Below, in pieces: positions 28,638-38,041 of a DNA stretch of 58,615 bases. The position numbers and the translations under genes are program-made. The notes under the pieces were generated by a model. The model was not told the DNA's origin, searched no databases, and saw nothing but the letters and a program-made list of their open reading frames with translations. The stretch lies in the NCBI GenBank assembly GCA_023227925.1, contig JALOCE010000002.1, forward strand, positions 1 to 58,615, read 5' to 3'. Source of the DNA: Candidatus Omnitrophota bacterium. Lineage in GTDB: Bacteria > Omnitrophota > Gorgyraeia > Gygaellales > Profunditerraquicolaceae. Numbering within the stretch: position 1 is the stretch's first letter; every line of letters starts with the position of its first letter.

Positions 28638-28691
28638 TGGGGCCGCGCGAAGCGCGTGCGTAGCGCGAGGAAACTCGAGGGGAGCGCGCGA

Positions 28692-31600
28692 TTATGATGG
28701 CGGCGCGATATCATCATCGCGCGCGTAGAATTTATGCGGCTCGAGCTCAAATTGCATCTTGATTCCCAGCGTGCGCACCTCCTCGCGCATCAAATTCGAC
28801 GCCCACGTCGACGGTACGGCCACTATTTGCGCGAATTGGCCGCAGATAGCGCAGCTATAAAGCCCCGCGCGCGCGTTATATATCGCGGGATTTCCGCAGC
28901 GGCGACACATATGCAGCGTGGTCGCGTCGGAATCGGTGATTATTTTTTCCGCAAGCGAGCGCATGGATCCGTGCCCAACCATCGACCACGCTTCCATTTC
29001 GCCGATCCGCAGCGCGCCCTCGATTCCTCCGCGCGTCGGTTGGCGCGTGACGAGATCAACCGGGCCGCGGCGCACCGCGCGACACTCGTTATCGACGAAT
29101 TTTTCGAGACGCTGATACGTCGTCGGGCCGATGCAGATCGGCTGATCGAGCCAATCGCCCGTCATTCCATTATACATGCGGCGATAACCGACGAGGCGGA
29201 ATCCGTGCGCGCGTAGCGCGTCAATCGCGGCTTCCGTATCGACGGGCATCATAGAGGTCGCGTCGACGTGACAGCCGAAAGTCGCGCCGTATTGTCCGAG
29301 AACGGATTCTATTATCTGGTTGAGCGCGCGGCGCGTCGGGATCGAGTATGGATTAATAACGACGTCGGGGCGGATTCCATCCTCGGTATACGGCATATCG
29401 CAATCGGGCATAATACGCGAGACGATACCCTTATTTCCGGTGCGCGACGCGACCTTGTCGCCGCGGATGATATTTTTAACCTGGCGATATTTGACGCGGA
29501 TAAATGGCACTTTATGCTCATCCTCGCCGCGCGTAACGCCCGCGACGTACGCCGGCGTGCGCCCGGAATAAATGACTGATTTATCGACGAAATGCTGCCC
29601 ACCGCCGCGCGGCGCGCGCGATTCGCGATCGGATTGCACGGACGCGACCTTGTGGATCATTACGTAATCGCGCTTGAGAACGGTGCCCACGCGCGCGACG
29701 CCGTGATCGAGAAAATCGGTGATCACGCCGCTGCGGCGATCAATAACGGGCTGACTATCCGGCATCGCAAATACCTCGCCGTGATCGCACATCGCGGTCT
29801 CGTAATCGAAGAATGCGCCGTTAAACATGCCGCGGTGCACCGATCCCGCGTTGAGGAACACGGAATCCTCCTGATTATAGCCGGTGTGGATCATGATCGC
29901 GACGATGCAATTATGCCCATTGGGGTTCACGAAATCGTCCGCGAAGCACGATACGAGCGGCTTCTCGCAATAATATTGCATCATGGTTTTCTTATCGCAG
30001 CGGAACGGGTACGCGAGCGAATACCACGTACACGATTGCTTGCGCTGATTACAATAATACGTCGTGCGGATGCCGTAGGAGTGATTTGTGAGCGGCGACG
30101 CGAGCGTTACGATCCCATATATCGCCTGCTCAATATCGCAGTGCGTGTATCGATACGCGATATCGTGGCGGCGCTCGCGCAATTCGTAGATGCTCGGCGC
30201 GATAAATGTGTTCTCCGCTTCATCAGCGCTGATATATTCGATTATGCCCGCGTCCTGGAGCGCGTCCATCGACAGCTCGCCGCGAAGGAATTGCGCGATA
30301 ATTTCGGGCGTCATCCGCGTCCACTGCTTAAATTCATCGCGATCGGGCATGATTGCGGTGCGCCCGCCTGCAGCGCGCGCCGCCAAGCACCGCGCGTCGA
30401 ATTGCGCGAGATTATTATAGACGATGATCAGCGGGCGCAGCATGCGACCATAATCGGTCCAAAAACGCACCTCGCGACACCCGGGGTCCCAAAATATCGA
30501 TGTGTGCCGATGAATGGGTGGAGCGCCGGCAGCGCTCGGAGCGCCACTGGTGCTATCGTGCGCGGGCACAATTCCGCGCCGATAAGCTCGCCACCGCGCG
30601 ACGAATTCCCAATCGCGATCCACGCATCCGATCCAATCGCCGTTGACGAAAACGGACGACAGACGCGCGCGCTTAATATTCGTCGCGGACGCGCGCGGAT
30701 CGCCGATGCGAATGAGCGCGTCGCCCTCTTCGCTAAGAATCGCGTGCTTGAGGTTGGCGCTGGACGTCGCGAGCGAAATTACCACGCTCACCGCCATCTG
30801 TTTATTCATGCCGACTTTATCGCCCGTATCCGCGCTCTGCGAGATATCGATATAGCCGACGTACGTGGGGTGCACGCGCCGAATTTGGTCCGCGCGCTCG
30901 TTCTGCTTATTCGCGAGCACGTTCGCGACCGCGATATTATTGATGATCGAGAGCCCATTGAGGTCGTTTTTGAGATAGCGCGTTTGCGACGATACGCGAT
31001 TCATTGCGAGCGAGCGCCCGACCTGCATTTCGGTATTGCCGACGGTCATCGCCTTGGTCATCGCGTTTTCGAGCTCGCCCGGATGAATTCCCGCGACCAC
31101 CGCGCCTTGCAGATTGACCTGCGCGAACGGCGAGCTCTCGAACGCCTTCGTGAGCTGATTGCGTATCGGCGTCGTGACCGCGTGCGAAAACATCGTCTTG
31201 AACGCCTTAGATACAGCGATACCCGCCGCGTGAATGCGTTTCGTGCACAGCGAGTCGCGATCCAGCGGGTCGATGACGCCGAAAATGGTGAGGAACATCT
31301 TATTGATCGCGTACCCGATATACCGCAGCTTCTTCATGCGATCCGATTCCTGCTTCCCAAGATGCGGGAGCGCGCGCTCATCCACGTTCTCCATGACTCG
31401 CTCGTACGCCTTGCGGATGACATTCTCATCGCGCGATGCGAGCGTGGATTGCGATAGCTCGAGCAGACGCGCGCCGATGGTGCGCGCGATCTCGATATGA
31501 TTCATTTCGTTGCGCAGCGCCTCGTATTGGTGCTCCACGGGCGCCATGAACGCCTCATTTAGCAGCGCGACCATCGAAACTGTCAGCGCGTCGCGCGCAG

Positions 31601-32477
31601 CAACGTCGCCGACGATGAATTCCGCGATGGTCGCGTCGTCGATGGGCGCGATGAGGCGGAAGAAGATGTAAAACGGGATCTGGACGTCTTTCAGCCCGAA
31701 GAATTGCGGCTCGACCAGAATGGCGCCTGTTGTCAGGCGGCGCACGATGAATTGATAGGAATTCTCGAATCCGTCGCCCGCCTTGGACCATATCTGCACG
31801 CGCGCCATCTCCTTCTTGTGCGGCTCGATGGTGATGCGCAAATCGTTGGTCGTTGTGTTCTCGATGCAATCGATCGAGTGCTCGCCGCCGCGGATAATAA
31901 AGTATCCACCCTCGTCGCACGGGTCTTCTTCGAGCGCGATGAGCTGCGCGCGCGGTAAACCACGCAGATGACATAGTTCCGAGCCGATCATTACGGGAAT
32001 ACTGCCGACGCGACAATTAACGATCGACGCCTCTTGCGTTTCGGATGCGCCGTGCTCACGATACGCGGTCGCGATCACGCGCGCGTCAATGCGCAGCTGC
32101 GACGCATAAGTGCGCATCAAGCGGCGCGCGTGCGCGGGAAATAGCGCGCCGATGGTCGGCGCGGAAGCGTCGATCGCTACGTCTTGGAGAACGGGCATCT
32201 GCATATTGGTCGATTGGAATTCCAAGCGGAAATCGATCTCCGTGATCTCCGCCTCGCTCCCCGTCGCGCCGGTGCGTTTGTTGCGCGTCGTGCTTTTGAT
32301 CGAGAATCCATGCTTGATAATGGAGTCTATTCCGTCGCGGTAGAACGTGTCCATCGAGTCAATATGGTGCCGCGCGAACCCGCGCGCCCGCACCAGACCC
32401 TTGAAAAACGCGAGTAGATCGTCCTTCGTGAGCGCGGTATCGCTCGATTCAGCGCGTCCTTTCGCGTGGGAAGACAT
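28692..32477 (-). CDS. RPB2: DNA-directed RNA polymerase second-largest subunit
   Basis: GDKVASRTGNKGIVSRI, NPYSIPTRRALNQIIES, GGIEGALRIGEMEAWSM, and a C-terminal zinc ribbon CRRCG...CAICG. Start ambiguous: ATG 32477 leaves a 37-bp palindromic spacer to the divergent gene. The alternative ATG at 32531 would overlap it. Confidence 0.93.
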   Translation of the reverse strand: MSSHAKGRAESSDTALTKDDLLAFFKGLVRARGFARHHIDSMDTFYRDGIDSIIKHGFSIKSTTRNKRTGATGSEAEITEIDFRLEFQSTNMQMPVLQDVAIDASAPTIGALFPAHARRLMRTYASQLRIDARVIATAYREHGASETQEASIVNCRVGSIPVMIGSELCHLRGLPRAQLIALEEDPCDEGGYFIIRGGEHSIDCIENTTTNDLRITIEPHKKEMARVQIWSKAGDGFENSYQFIVRRLTTGAILVEPQFFGLKDVQIPFYIFFRLIAPIDDATIAEFIVGDVAARDALTVSMVALLNEAFMAPVEHQYEALRNEMNHIEIARTIGARLLELSQSTLASRDENVIRKAYERVMENVDERALPHLGKQESDRMKKLRYIGYAINKMFLTIFGVIDPLDRDSLCTKRIHAAGIAVSKAFKTMFSHAVTTPIRNQLTKAFESSPFAQVNLQGAVVAGIHPGELENAMTKAMTVGNTEMQVGRSLAMNRVSSQTRYLKNDLNGLSIINNIAVANVLANKQNERADQIRRVHPTYVGYIDISQSADTGDKVGMNKQMAVSVVISLATSSANLKHAILSEEGDALIRIGDPRASATNIKRARLSSVFVNGDWIGCVDRDWEFVARWRAYRRGIVPAHDSTSGAPSAAGAPPIHRHTSIFWDPGCREVRFWTDYGRMLRPLIIVYNNLAQFDARCLAARAAGGRTAIMPDRDEFKQWTRMTPEIIAQFLRGELSMDALQDAGIIEYISADEAENTFIAPSIYELRERRHDIAYRYTHCDIEQAIYGIVTLASPLTNHSYGIRTTYYCNQRKQSCTWYSLAYPFRCDKKTMMQYYCEKPLVSCFADDFVNPNGHNCIVAIMIHTGYNQEDSVFLNAGSVHRGMFNGAFFDYETAMCDHGEVFAMPDSQPVIDRRSGVITDFLDHGVARVGTVLKRDYVMIHKVASVQSDRESRAPRGGGQHFVDKSVIYSGRTPAYVAGVTRGEDEHKVPFIRVKYRQVKNIIRGDKVASRTGNKGIVSRIMPDCDMPYTEDGIRPDVVINPYSIPTRRALNQIIESVLGQYGATFGCHVDATSMMPVDTEAAIDALRAHGFRLVGYRRMYNGMTGDWLDQPICIGPTTYQRLEKFVDNECRAVRRGPVDLVTRQPTRGGIEGALRIGEMEAWSMVGHGSMRSLAEKIITDSDATTLHMCRRCGNPAIYNARAGLYSCAICGQFAQIVAVPSTWASNLMREEVRTLGIKMQFELEPHKFYARDDDIAPPS

Positions 32478-32484
32478 TTGAAAC

Positions 32485-32506
32485 GGGGCTATATTGATAT
32501 AGCCCC
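32485..32506. promoter_or_regulatory. 10-bp-arm inverted repeat GGGGCTATAT-tg-ATATAGCCCC in the 37-bp spacer between divergent starts 32477(-) and 32515(+); candidate bidirectional TATA-type promoter
   Basis: Read directly. Each arm presents TATAT toward one gene. Confidence 0.55.
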
Positions 32507-32514
32507 CTTCAACT

Positions 32515-32949
32515 TTGGCGATGGACACCATATACGACGCGGCGGACGCTTATTGGGGCGCGATGGGAGACGATCGCGCGACCCGCGTGCCGAGCGCGCT
32601 GAAATACGACGCGTTGGTGCGCGAATTGATTGACGCGCGCGCTGCTATTCATTGCGCACAATGCGATCTCGATGAGCGCGCGATTGACGTGGACGCGGCG
32701 GAATCGCGCGCGCGAATTACGCGAGCGATGCGCTTGGCGAGCGACGCAGCGCGATATATTGACGCGAGCGACGCATGCGCGACCGCATTCGCGAACACAT
32801 TTCGCGCCAGCGCGCCCGAATTCGCGCGGATGTTCGATGCGTGCGTCGCGCGCAAGCGAACGTCGCTCATTTCGCTCCCGTCGGCGCTCGATTCGGTCCG
32901 CCTTGACGCGCGCGATGGCGACGGCGCGAAGCCGGGCGCTATCGCGTGA
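32515..32949 (+). CDS. hypothetical protein (144 aa)
   Basis: The ATG lies immediately after the palindromic spacer. T6 at 32965-32970 follows the stop. Confidence 0.45.
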   Translation: MAMDTIYDAADAYWGAMGDDRATRVPSALKYDALVRELIDARAAIHCAQCDLDERAIDVDAAESRARITRAMRLASDAARYIDASDACATAFANTFRASAPEFARMFDACVARKRTSLISLPSALDSVRLDARDGDGAKPGAIA

Positions 32950-33006
32950 CGCGAAAAATGAATATTTTTTCGGTCGGTATTATCAATACCGCCGCTCGCC
33001 AATATA

Positions 33007-34893
33007 ATGACGACCACCAAGGACGCGCTCGCGGGTATGTTCGCGCGGCGCCTGACGATCGAGAGTGACAACGCCGAGATCGAGGAAAAATACGGCCCAT
33101 TGGTCGCGATATACGCGATGCACGCACCGAAACTGTTCCGCATGCAGCGCAAATACCCAGAGTTCTTCGCAGGCCCGCACGCCGAAATCGCGCGCTGTTG
33201 CAGCGTCCGCGCGCCTCTTCTCGCTGATGATGGCGCGCGACGCACCGATATAATCGCGAATCCGACCGCCGCGCATGGAACATCAACGCGCGCCGAGATG
33301 TATTATGCGGACCTTTTCGCGCGCGACGCGAGCGCGATTACGACGCTGGATTACCCGCTGGATCCGCGCCACGCTAACGTTATGATTCCCGTGATGAGCG
33401 CTCTCCGCGCTATAGGTTTGGAGCCTATCCCGCGCCCGCCCAAGGGTTCGCGAGCGTTTGTTGATCGCGCTGAATTCGACGCGCGACTCGCGCGTGCGAT
33501 GACGGTGATGCGCCGAGCGACCGATGGTGCGCAATTCGCGGTTCCGGATATCGCGTTGCGCGCGATTTTCGCGAACGCGAGCGCCGACGCTGGTGACGCG
33601 GGTGCCGATACTTGCGCAAGCATCGCGAGCAATACTCTCGGGCGCAATTATTGCATCGCCGGCGGTTTCATCGCGAAACTCATTGATCCATGCGCGCGCG
33701 ATGCCGATCTCGTAGGCTCGGACGTCGATATTTTCGTTTATGGTGAGAATCAAGCGCATACGATCGACGAAATAGTGCGCGCGCTGTGGGTCCAGGGCGA
33801 GACATATGCGACCGCGATCGGGTCCGTTATTACCATTTATCGCGTCGGCGCGACGCGCGTGCAAATCGTGTCGAGCGCGGAGAACGATCCTGCGCGCGTC
33901 ATATCGCAATTCGACCTCGCGAATGTTATGGCGTTTTGGGCGCGCGGAACTGTATGGGTAAACGCGCCGTGCATGCGCGCGTTTGCGACGCGCGTATGTG
34001 TTCTTAAGGGAATCGAGCGCGGCGGATTGAGCATCGCGCGCATCGTGAAATTAGTGCGCGCGGGTTTCGTCCTCAACGCGAATCGATGCGACGCGCGACG
34101 CGCGCGTGTTGAGCGCCTCACCGAAGATATGCGAAAGATGCGCGCCTCAGTGCTGGGAATCGCCGCGTGGGTGCGAATCAGCGCGGATATGTCCGAGCCC
34201 GAGCGCATCGCGCGCATCGCGCTGCACGATGATTCCGCGAACATCATCACGCGCGTGAGCGCGAGCATCGGCGATACTCCGCGCAACGGCGATGATGGCG
34301 AGACGCTGAGCAGCCTTATAATGCTACGGCGGACCATCGTTCACGGATATTGCTCGCTCGATATATGCGATGTGGATTGGAATCTCGTTAGCATCCGCGA
34401 TCTCCCGACCGCGCCGGGAACGCATGATTCGATTCGCGTCGCCGGTTTCCGCGCGCGCGTGAATATCGAATACGTCGGCGTTACCATCGCGCGCAGAGGC
34501 ACCGGCGGACGCATGCTCACTTTTCGGCTCGCACCGGAATATTCCGCGCTATTCAGGGGCGCGATTAATGCGCTGCGCGCGAAAATGCTAGGCAACGGTC
34601 TCGCGCTCGATGTTGATGACGTGATTCGCGATGCCAGCGGCAATACTTCGCGCGCGAGTGATGACAATACTCCGCGCGCCAGCGTGAGTGATGACAATAC
34701 TTCGCGCGCCAGCGTGAGTGATGACAATACTTCGCGCGCAATTTGCCTTATCGCCACGCATCCAGGATATGATATCATCGCGGATACCAGCGGAGACGTG
34801 CGCCGCGCGCTCATTAATCTCGGCGCGCAATGCGTCGCGGCGGGCCGTTATAAACTCACTTTTGCGTGCGTGCGGATGGCCGCGGATAGATAA
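33007..34893 (+). CDS. putative Pol-beta-fold nucleotidyltransferase-like protein with a C-terminal dispersed-repeat array
   Basis: IAGGFIAKLI...VGSDVDIFVYG fits GG-x(n)-D-x-D. ATG is preceded by GCCAATATA and AAAAATGAAT (32954-32963). Repeats at 34270-34287 and 34636-34740. Confidence 0.55.
   Translation: MTTTKDALAGMFARRLTIESDNAEIEEKYGPLVAIYAMHAPKLFRMQRKYPEFFAGPHAEIARCCSVRAPLLADDGARRTDIIANPTAAHGTSTRAEMYYADLFARDASAITTLDYPLDPRHANVMIPVMSALRAIGLEPIPRPPKGSRAFVDRAEFDARLARAMTVMRRATDGAQFAVPDIALRAIFANASADAGDAGADTCASIASNTLGRNYCIAGGFIAKLIDPCARDADLVGSDVDIFVYGENQAHTIDEIVRALWVQGETYATAIGSVITIYRVGATRVQIVSSAENDPARVISQFDLANVMAFWARGTVWVNAPCMRAFATRVCVLKGIERGGLSIARIVKLVRAGFVLNANRCDARRARVERLTEDMRKMRASVLGIAAWVRISADMSEPERIARIALHDDSANIITRVSASIGDTPRNGDDGETLSSLIMLRRTIVHGYCSLDICDVDWNLVSIRDLPTAPGTHDSIRVAGFRARVNIEYVGVTIARRGTGGRMLTFRLAPEYSALFRGAINALRAKMLGNGLALDVDDVIRDASGNTSRASDDNTPRASVSDDNTSRASVSDDNTSRAICLIATHPGYDIIADTSGDVRRALINLGAQCVAAGRYKLTFACVRMAADR
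34636..34740 (+). repeat. dispersed repeat, 3.5 units (21+30+30+24 nt), sense; SGNTSRASDDNTPRASVSDDNTSRASVSDDNTSRA
   Basis: The 30-nt unit at 34657-34686 is identical to the left-edge array unit. The 30-nt unit at 34687-34716 differs from it only at CCG/TCG. Confidence 0.95.
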
Positions 34894-34959
34894 TCGCGCG
34901 CGGCGCGAATAACGCGGCGATTATTTTTTCGCGCCCAATATACATTTCGCGCGGGCCAC

Positions 34960-35700
34960 ATGGAATCCGAGAGGAAAAAGATTCTGCCGGCGGCGGATAT
35001 CGATAAGGCCGCGAAAAAACTGATTAAATCGGCGGTCATCTCGCTCACGCAGATCGCAGAGGACGCGGAGGCGACGGGCTGTTTGTGCCGCAAAATTATC
35101 CATCTGAAACCAGCGCAAATAACGACACATACGTATGATGCGGTGCGCAATATTCTGCGCACGGGGATGCCGCTCGCGCCAGATTGCGTGATAGTGCAGT
35201 CCGACGCGTTCATCACGACGTATCCCGAGACGGTTTTCACGCGATTTATGGAATTTGCGAGCATGCGCAACGCCGCCGAGTACCGCGCGGAGCAATTTGA
35301 TTGTGACGATTCATCGCTCGTGTTTTGCGCCATCGCGCGCAAATGGCACGCGCGAATCCGCGCGCAGCTCGAAGGTGTCGAGAGTGTGAAAAAACTATTG
35401 CCGGAAGCGCCGGCGGCGCCACCGGGAGCGTGCGTTATTCCGCATGCGACGGCGCCGGTTGGCGCGTGCGCATCACCAAAAACGCGCGCGCGCGCGATTG
35501 TTGCTGCGTCCGAAGACGCGCATTATATCGGCGGATCGCCCGTTGGAATGTGCCACGGCAAGCTCTACGCCGACGGCGGTCAGCACGCGTTTAATTTCTG
35601 GATCTCGCCGAAGGGAACAGTTGTATTTATCGAGCCGCAGACGGGCGAATTCATCACGGCGCTTGGCGAGGGCGCGGTGATAACCGTTGTTTATTTGTGA
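34960..35700 (+). CDS. hypothetical protein; possible Cys-His (transglutaminase/papain-like) fold
   Basis: FDCDDSS ... HAFNFWI ... EPQTG resembles a C/H/acid triad arrangement (weak). ATG is preceded by CCCAATATACA. T9 at 35764-35772. Confidence 0.5.
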   Translation: MESERKKILPAADIDKAAKKLIKSAVISLTQIAEDAEATGCLCRKIIHLKPAQITTHTYDAVRNILRTGMPLAPDCVIVQSDAFITTYPETVFTRFMEFASMRNAAEYRAEQFDCDDSSLVFCAIARKWHARIRAQLEGVESVKKLLPEAPAAPPGACVIPHATAPVGACASPKTRARAIVAASEDAHYIGGSPVGMCHGKLYADGGQHAFNFWISPKGTVVFIEPQTGEFITALGEGAVITVVYL

Positions 35701-35763
35701 GGGCGCGCGTGCGAACGCGCGAGAGTGCGAACGCTTGCGCGCAGGCGCGTAGCGAGCGCGATG

Positions 35764-35772
35764 TTTTTTTTT
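35764..35772 (+). terminator. T9 run after stop of 34960..35700
   Basis: TTTTTTTTT 64 nt after the stop. Confidence 0.45.
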
Positions 35773-35830
35773 CACGCAGCGCGCATGAGTTCCCCCGCGC
35801 GTGAGCGCGCGCTGATCATATACGCGCGCG

Positions 35831-36784
35831 ATGACCGCATCATTTTATTCCTCGGTGATCGGCCCGAGCGCCGACGCGACGGTAGTGATGAAATTCAGCG
35901 ATCGCGCGATCCCGCGCCCCATATTTGAGCGATTCGCGAAGGTATGCCGCGAGAACATATCGTTCGGCGAGATCGACGCGGAGCAACTATTATTACTGCT
36001 CAATCGAGCGCGAATCGCGCTCTCGGACAGCGGGCGCGAGCGCGCGAGCGCAGGCGCCGCGATGGACATTCGCCAAGCGCAATCAATCCGCCGCCACGTG
36101 ATCCGCCAATATAATATCTCGAATACGCACCGCGCCGCGCGCATATTTCCGCGCATACTCAAGGAATACAACGCGGGACGCACCGTGCTCGAGTTATCCG
36201 CGCGCCATATGTTGTCGCCATACGTAATATTTAAGAATATCGCGGAGGCAATACACGGCGTCGGTGCGCGCGAGCGGCTTAATAGTATATCGCTCGGCAA
36301 AATCCGCGCGAGCGACGTGTTCGACGAGCGAACCGCGCGCGAATATGAGGCTGCGCGCGCGTATGATTATGAATCCACGGCGGTACAACTCGAGATCGCG
36401 CGGCTCGCGGATGGGCGCGAGCATAATTTCGTATCGTTCTTGCGCGACGATCTGGGTATTCGCCTGCGCACGCAAGAAGAATCGCTCGCGCTCGCGACGC
36501 GCGATGGTACGCATCCGATCACGCCCGACGCGCTATTTCTATCGCGCGTTGAGATCAACGGCGAGCGCGCGCACTGGGTTGATTTCAAGTCATACTGTGG
36601 CGCGCCGTTCTCGTTTTTATTGCCCAAGGCGCGTGAGCAGAGCGAGAAATATGACCGCGAATTTGGGCCGGGTTTTATGGTGTACGAGAATGGGTACGTT
36701 GATGGGATGCCATTCCGCGCGGTCAGCGCGCGCGCGCTGCGCGATATCATCGAGGGCGGAATGAGACGCGCGATTCTCGTTTGA
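35831..36784 (+). CDS. TPD-motif (CDIN1/C15orf41-like) PD-(D/E)XK nuclease-fold protein
   Basis: ITPDALFLSRVEINGERAHWVDFKSYCG matches the TPD...hh.W(I/V)(D/E)xK pattern. ATG is preceded by GATCATATACGCGCGCG. Confidence 0.5.
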   Translation: MTASFYSSVIGPSADATVVMKFSDRAIPRPIFERFAKVCRENISFGEIDAEQLLLLLNRARIALSDSGRERASAGAAMDIRQAQSIRRHVIRQYNISNTHRAARIFPRILKEYNAGRTVLELSARHMLSPYVIFKNIAEAIHGVGARERLNSISLGKIRASDVFDERTAREYEAARAYDYESTAVQLEIARLADGREHNFVSFLRDDLGIRLRTQEESLALATRDGTHPITPDALFLSRVEINGERAHWVDFKSYCGAPFSFLLPKAREQSEKYDREFGPGFMVYENGYVDGMPFRAVSARALRDIIEGGMRRAILV

Positions 36785-36826
36785 GCGCGAGCCGCGGGGG
36801 ACTTTGCGCGGGCATAATATATCATA

Positions 36827-37156
36827 ATGCCGAGACGACACCAGGGATCGCGCGGCTCGCGTCGCTCGCGATCGCGCTCCGGCTCGCGTTCCGGCTCGCT
36901 CTCGCGATCTAGACGATCAGCGAGTCGAAGTTCTCGCGGATCACGCGCCGGACGTGGCGAGCGCGTGAAACACACGGTCAAGAGCCGCGCTCCGACGAAA
37001 AAAGAAAAGGAGCGCATGCGCGAGCCGCTGTCCAAAAAATCGCTCGCGGAGCTGCAATCCATCGCGTCATCGCGCGGGATTCCATTCGGCGGCATGACGC
37101 GCACGCAGCTGCTCGAAAAAATTCAGTCATATAACGTGCAGGAGCGGCGCGAATGA
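36827..37156 (+). CDS. Arg/Ser-rich protein with C-terminal SAP-like DNA-binding motif
   Basis: RSRSRSGSRSGSLSRSRRSASRSSRGSR, then LSKKSLAELQSIASSRGIPFGGMTRTQLLEKI. ATG is preceded by GGCATAATATATCATA. The overlapping minus ORF 36367..37104 is judged a shadow. Confidence 0.55.
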   Translation: MPRRHQGSRGSRRSRSRSGSRSGSLSRSRRSASRSSRGSRAGRGERVKHTVKSRAPTKKEKERMREPLSKKSLAELQSIASSRGIPFGGMTRTQLLEKIQSYNVQERRE

Positions 37157-37171
37157 GCGGCGCGCGAATGC

Positions 37172-37196
37172 GCGAATGCGCCATGCGCGCATTCGC
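37172..37196. terminator. 10-bp stem / 5-nt loop hairpin (GCGAATGCGC-catgc-GCGCATTCGC) between convergent genes
   Basis: Read directly. It lies between stop 37156(+) and stop 37198(-). No T-run is present there. Confidence 0.3.
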
Positions 37197-37197
37197 A

Positions 37198-38001
37198 TTA
37201 TAGATCACCGCCCGGCGGCTCGAGAATCGCGCGCGGGCCTTTATGAAACGCGTTGTGGATATACGCCATCAAAAATGCTATTTCGCGATCAGATAGCTCG
37301 TGATCGCCCTGCGGCGCGTACGCGCGATCGACGAATTCCCTGAAAAGCTCATGCTCATTTAGCCGCGGCAGAAGATGCGCATTTTTTTCGCGCCTCCACG
37401 TCCAGCGAACGCGATTTACGATCGTCGCGCACGAAATCGCGCACCACGCGTTGTATCCCTCGCGCATTGCGGCGTCCGCGCGCACCCTTTTGCGCTCATC
37501 AATATCGTATTGTCGCGCGGTAATGGGTTCGCGCGCGCGCCGACCCCTGCGAATAGAATCGCGTGCAGGAGGCGCGAGCGGCGCGAGCTGCGGCTCCGTG
37601 TCTTTATCTTGTGGATCGCCTTTTCCTGTGTTGGAAACGCCATGCGCGCACATGAATTTCATGCGCTCGCGAGCGCGCAGTTCTTCGCATTCGCGCTCGA
37701 TTTTCTCGGGGCGCGCGCCATCGGGCAAATAATATGAGCACTCGGCGAGCTCGCTTTCCGTCATTGGGTGCGGCGGAATATGCCAAATAATAGTCGCGGC
37801 GCGCTCGAAATAATGCGGGCACGCCCTCCCGGGCGCGACGTCGGGATCATCAATCGCGTCCTCGACGCGGATAACGCGCGCCACGGTCGGGTGCGCGCCG
37901 CCGGCGTCAGCAATAATACTCAGCGCGCGGGTAACGCACGGTTCGTGCTCGAATGTTGGCGGCGCGGCACAGTATTTTTCTTCTCGTTTGGCGCGCGGCA
38001 T
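37198..38001 (-). CDS. hypothetical protein
   Basis: ATG at 38001. It shares a 40-bp spacer containing TTATTATATA with 38042(+). Confidence 0.55.
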   Translation of the reverse strand: MPRAKREEKYCAAPPTFEHEPCVTRALSIIADAGGAHPTVARVIRVEDAIDDPDVAPGRACPHYFERAATIIWHIPPHPMTESELAECSYYLPDGARPEKIERECEELRARERMKFMCAHGVSNTGKGDPQDKDTEPQLAPLAPPARDSIRRGRRAREPITARQYDIDERKRVRADAAMREGYNAWCAISCATIVNRVRWTWRREKNAHLLPRLNEHELFREFVDRAYAPQGDHELSDREIAFLMAYIHNAFHKGPRAILEPPGGDL

Positions 38002-38041
38002 TCCTCGTTATTATATACCGGTACCGTTCATTTTTGTGGCG

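Noticed and set aside
32478-32531. RPB2 start at 32531 (longest ORF)
   Set aside because: It would overlap the divergent gene 32515(+) and put the 22-bp palindrome in coding sequence. ATG 32477 gives a spacer like the other divergent pairs. The choice is not decisive without 5' mapping.
36367-37104. 245-aa minus-strand ORF overlapping the RS/SAP gene
   Set aside because: It has no TATA island or early-type motif upstream of its start, and its composition is Arg/Pro/Ser-biased. The + strand ORF has a strong promoter-like island and a recognisable SAP-like motif.
37911-37930. AATAATACTCAGCGCGCGG as another copy of the dispersed repeat
   Set aside because: Only the ~15-nt core matches (one mismatch) and the flanks do not. 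It could be a relic or chance in CG-rich DNA.
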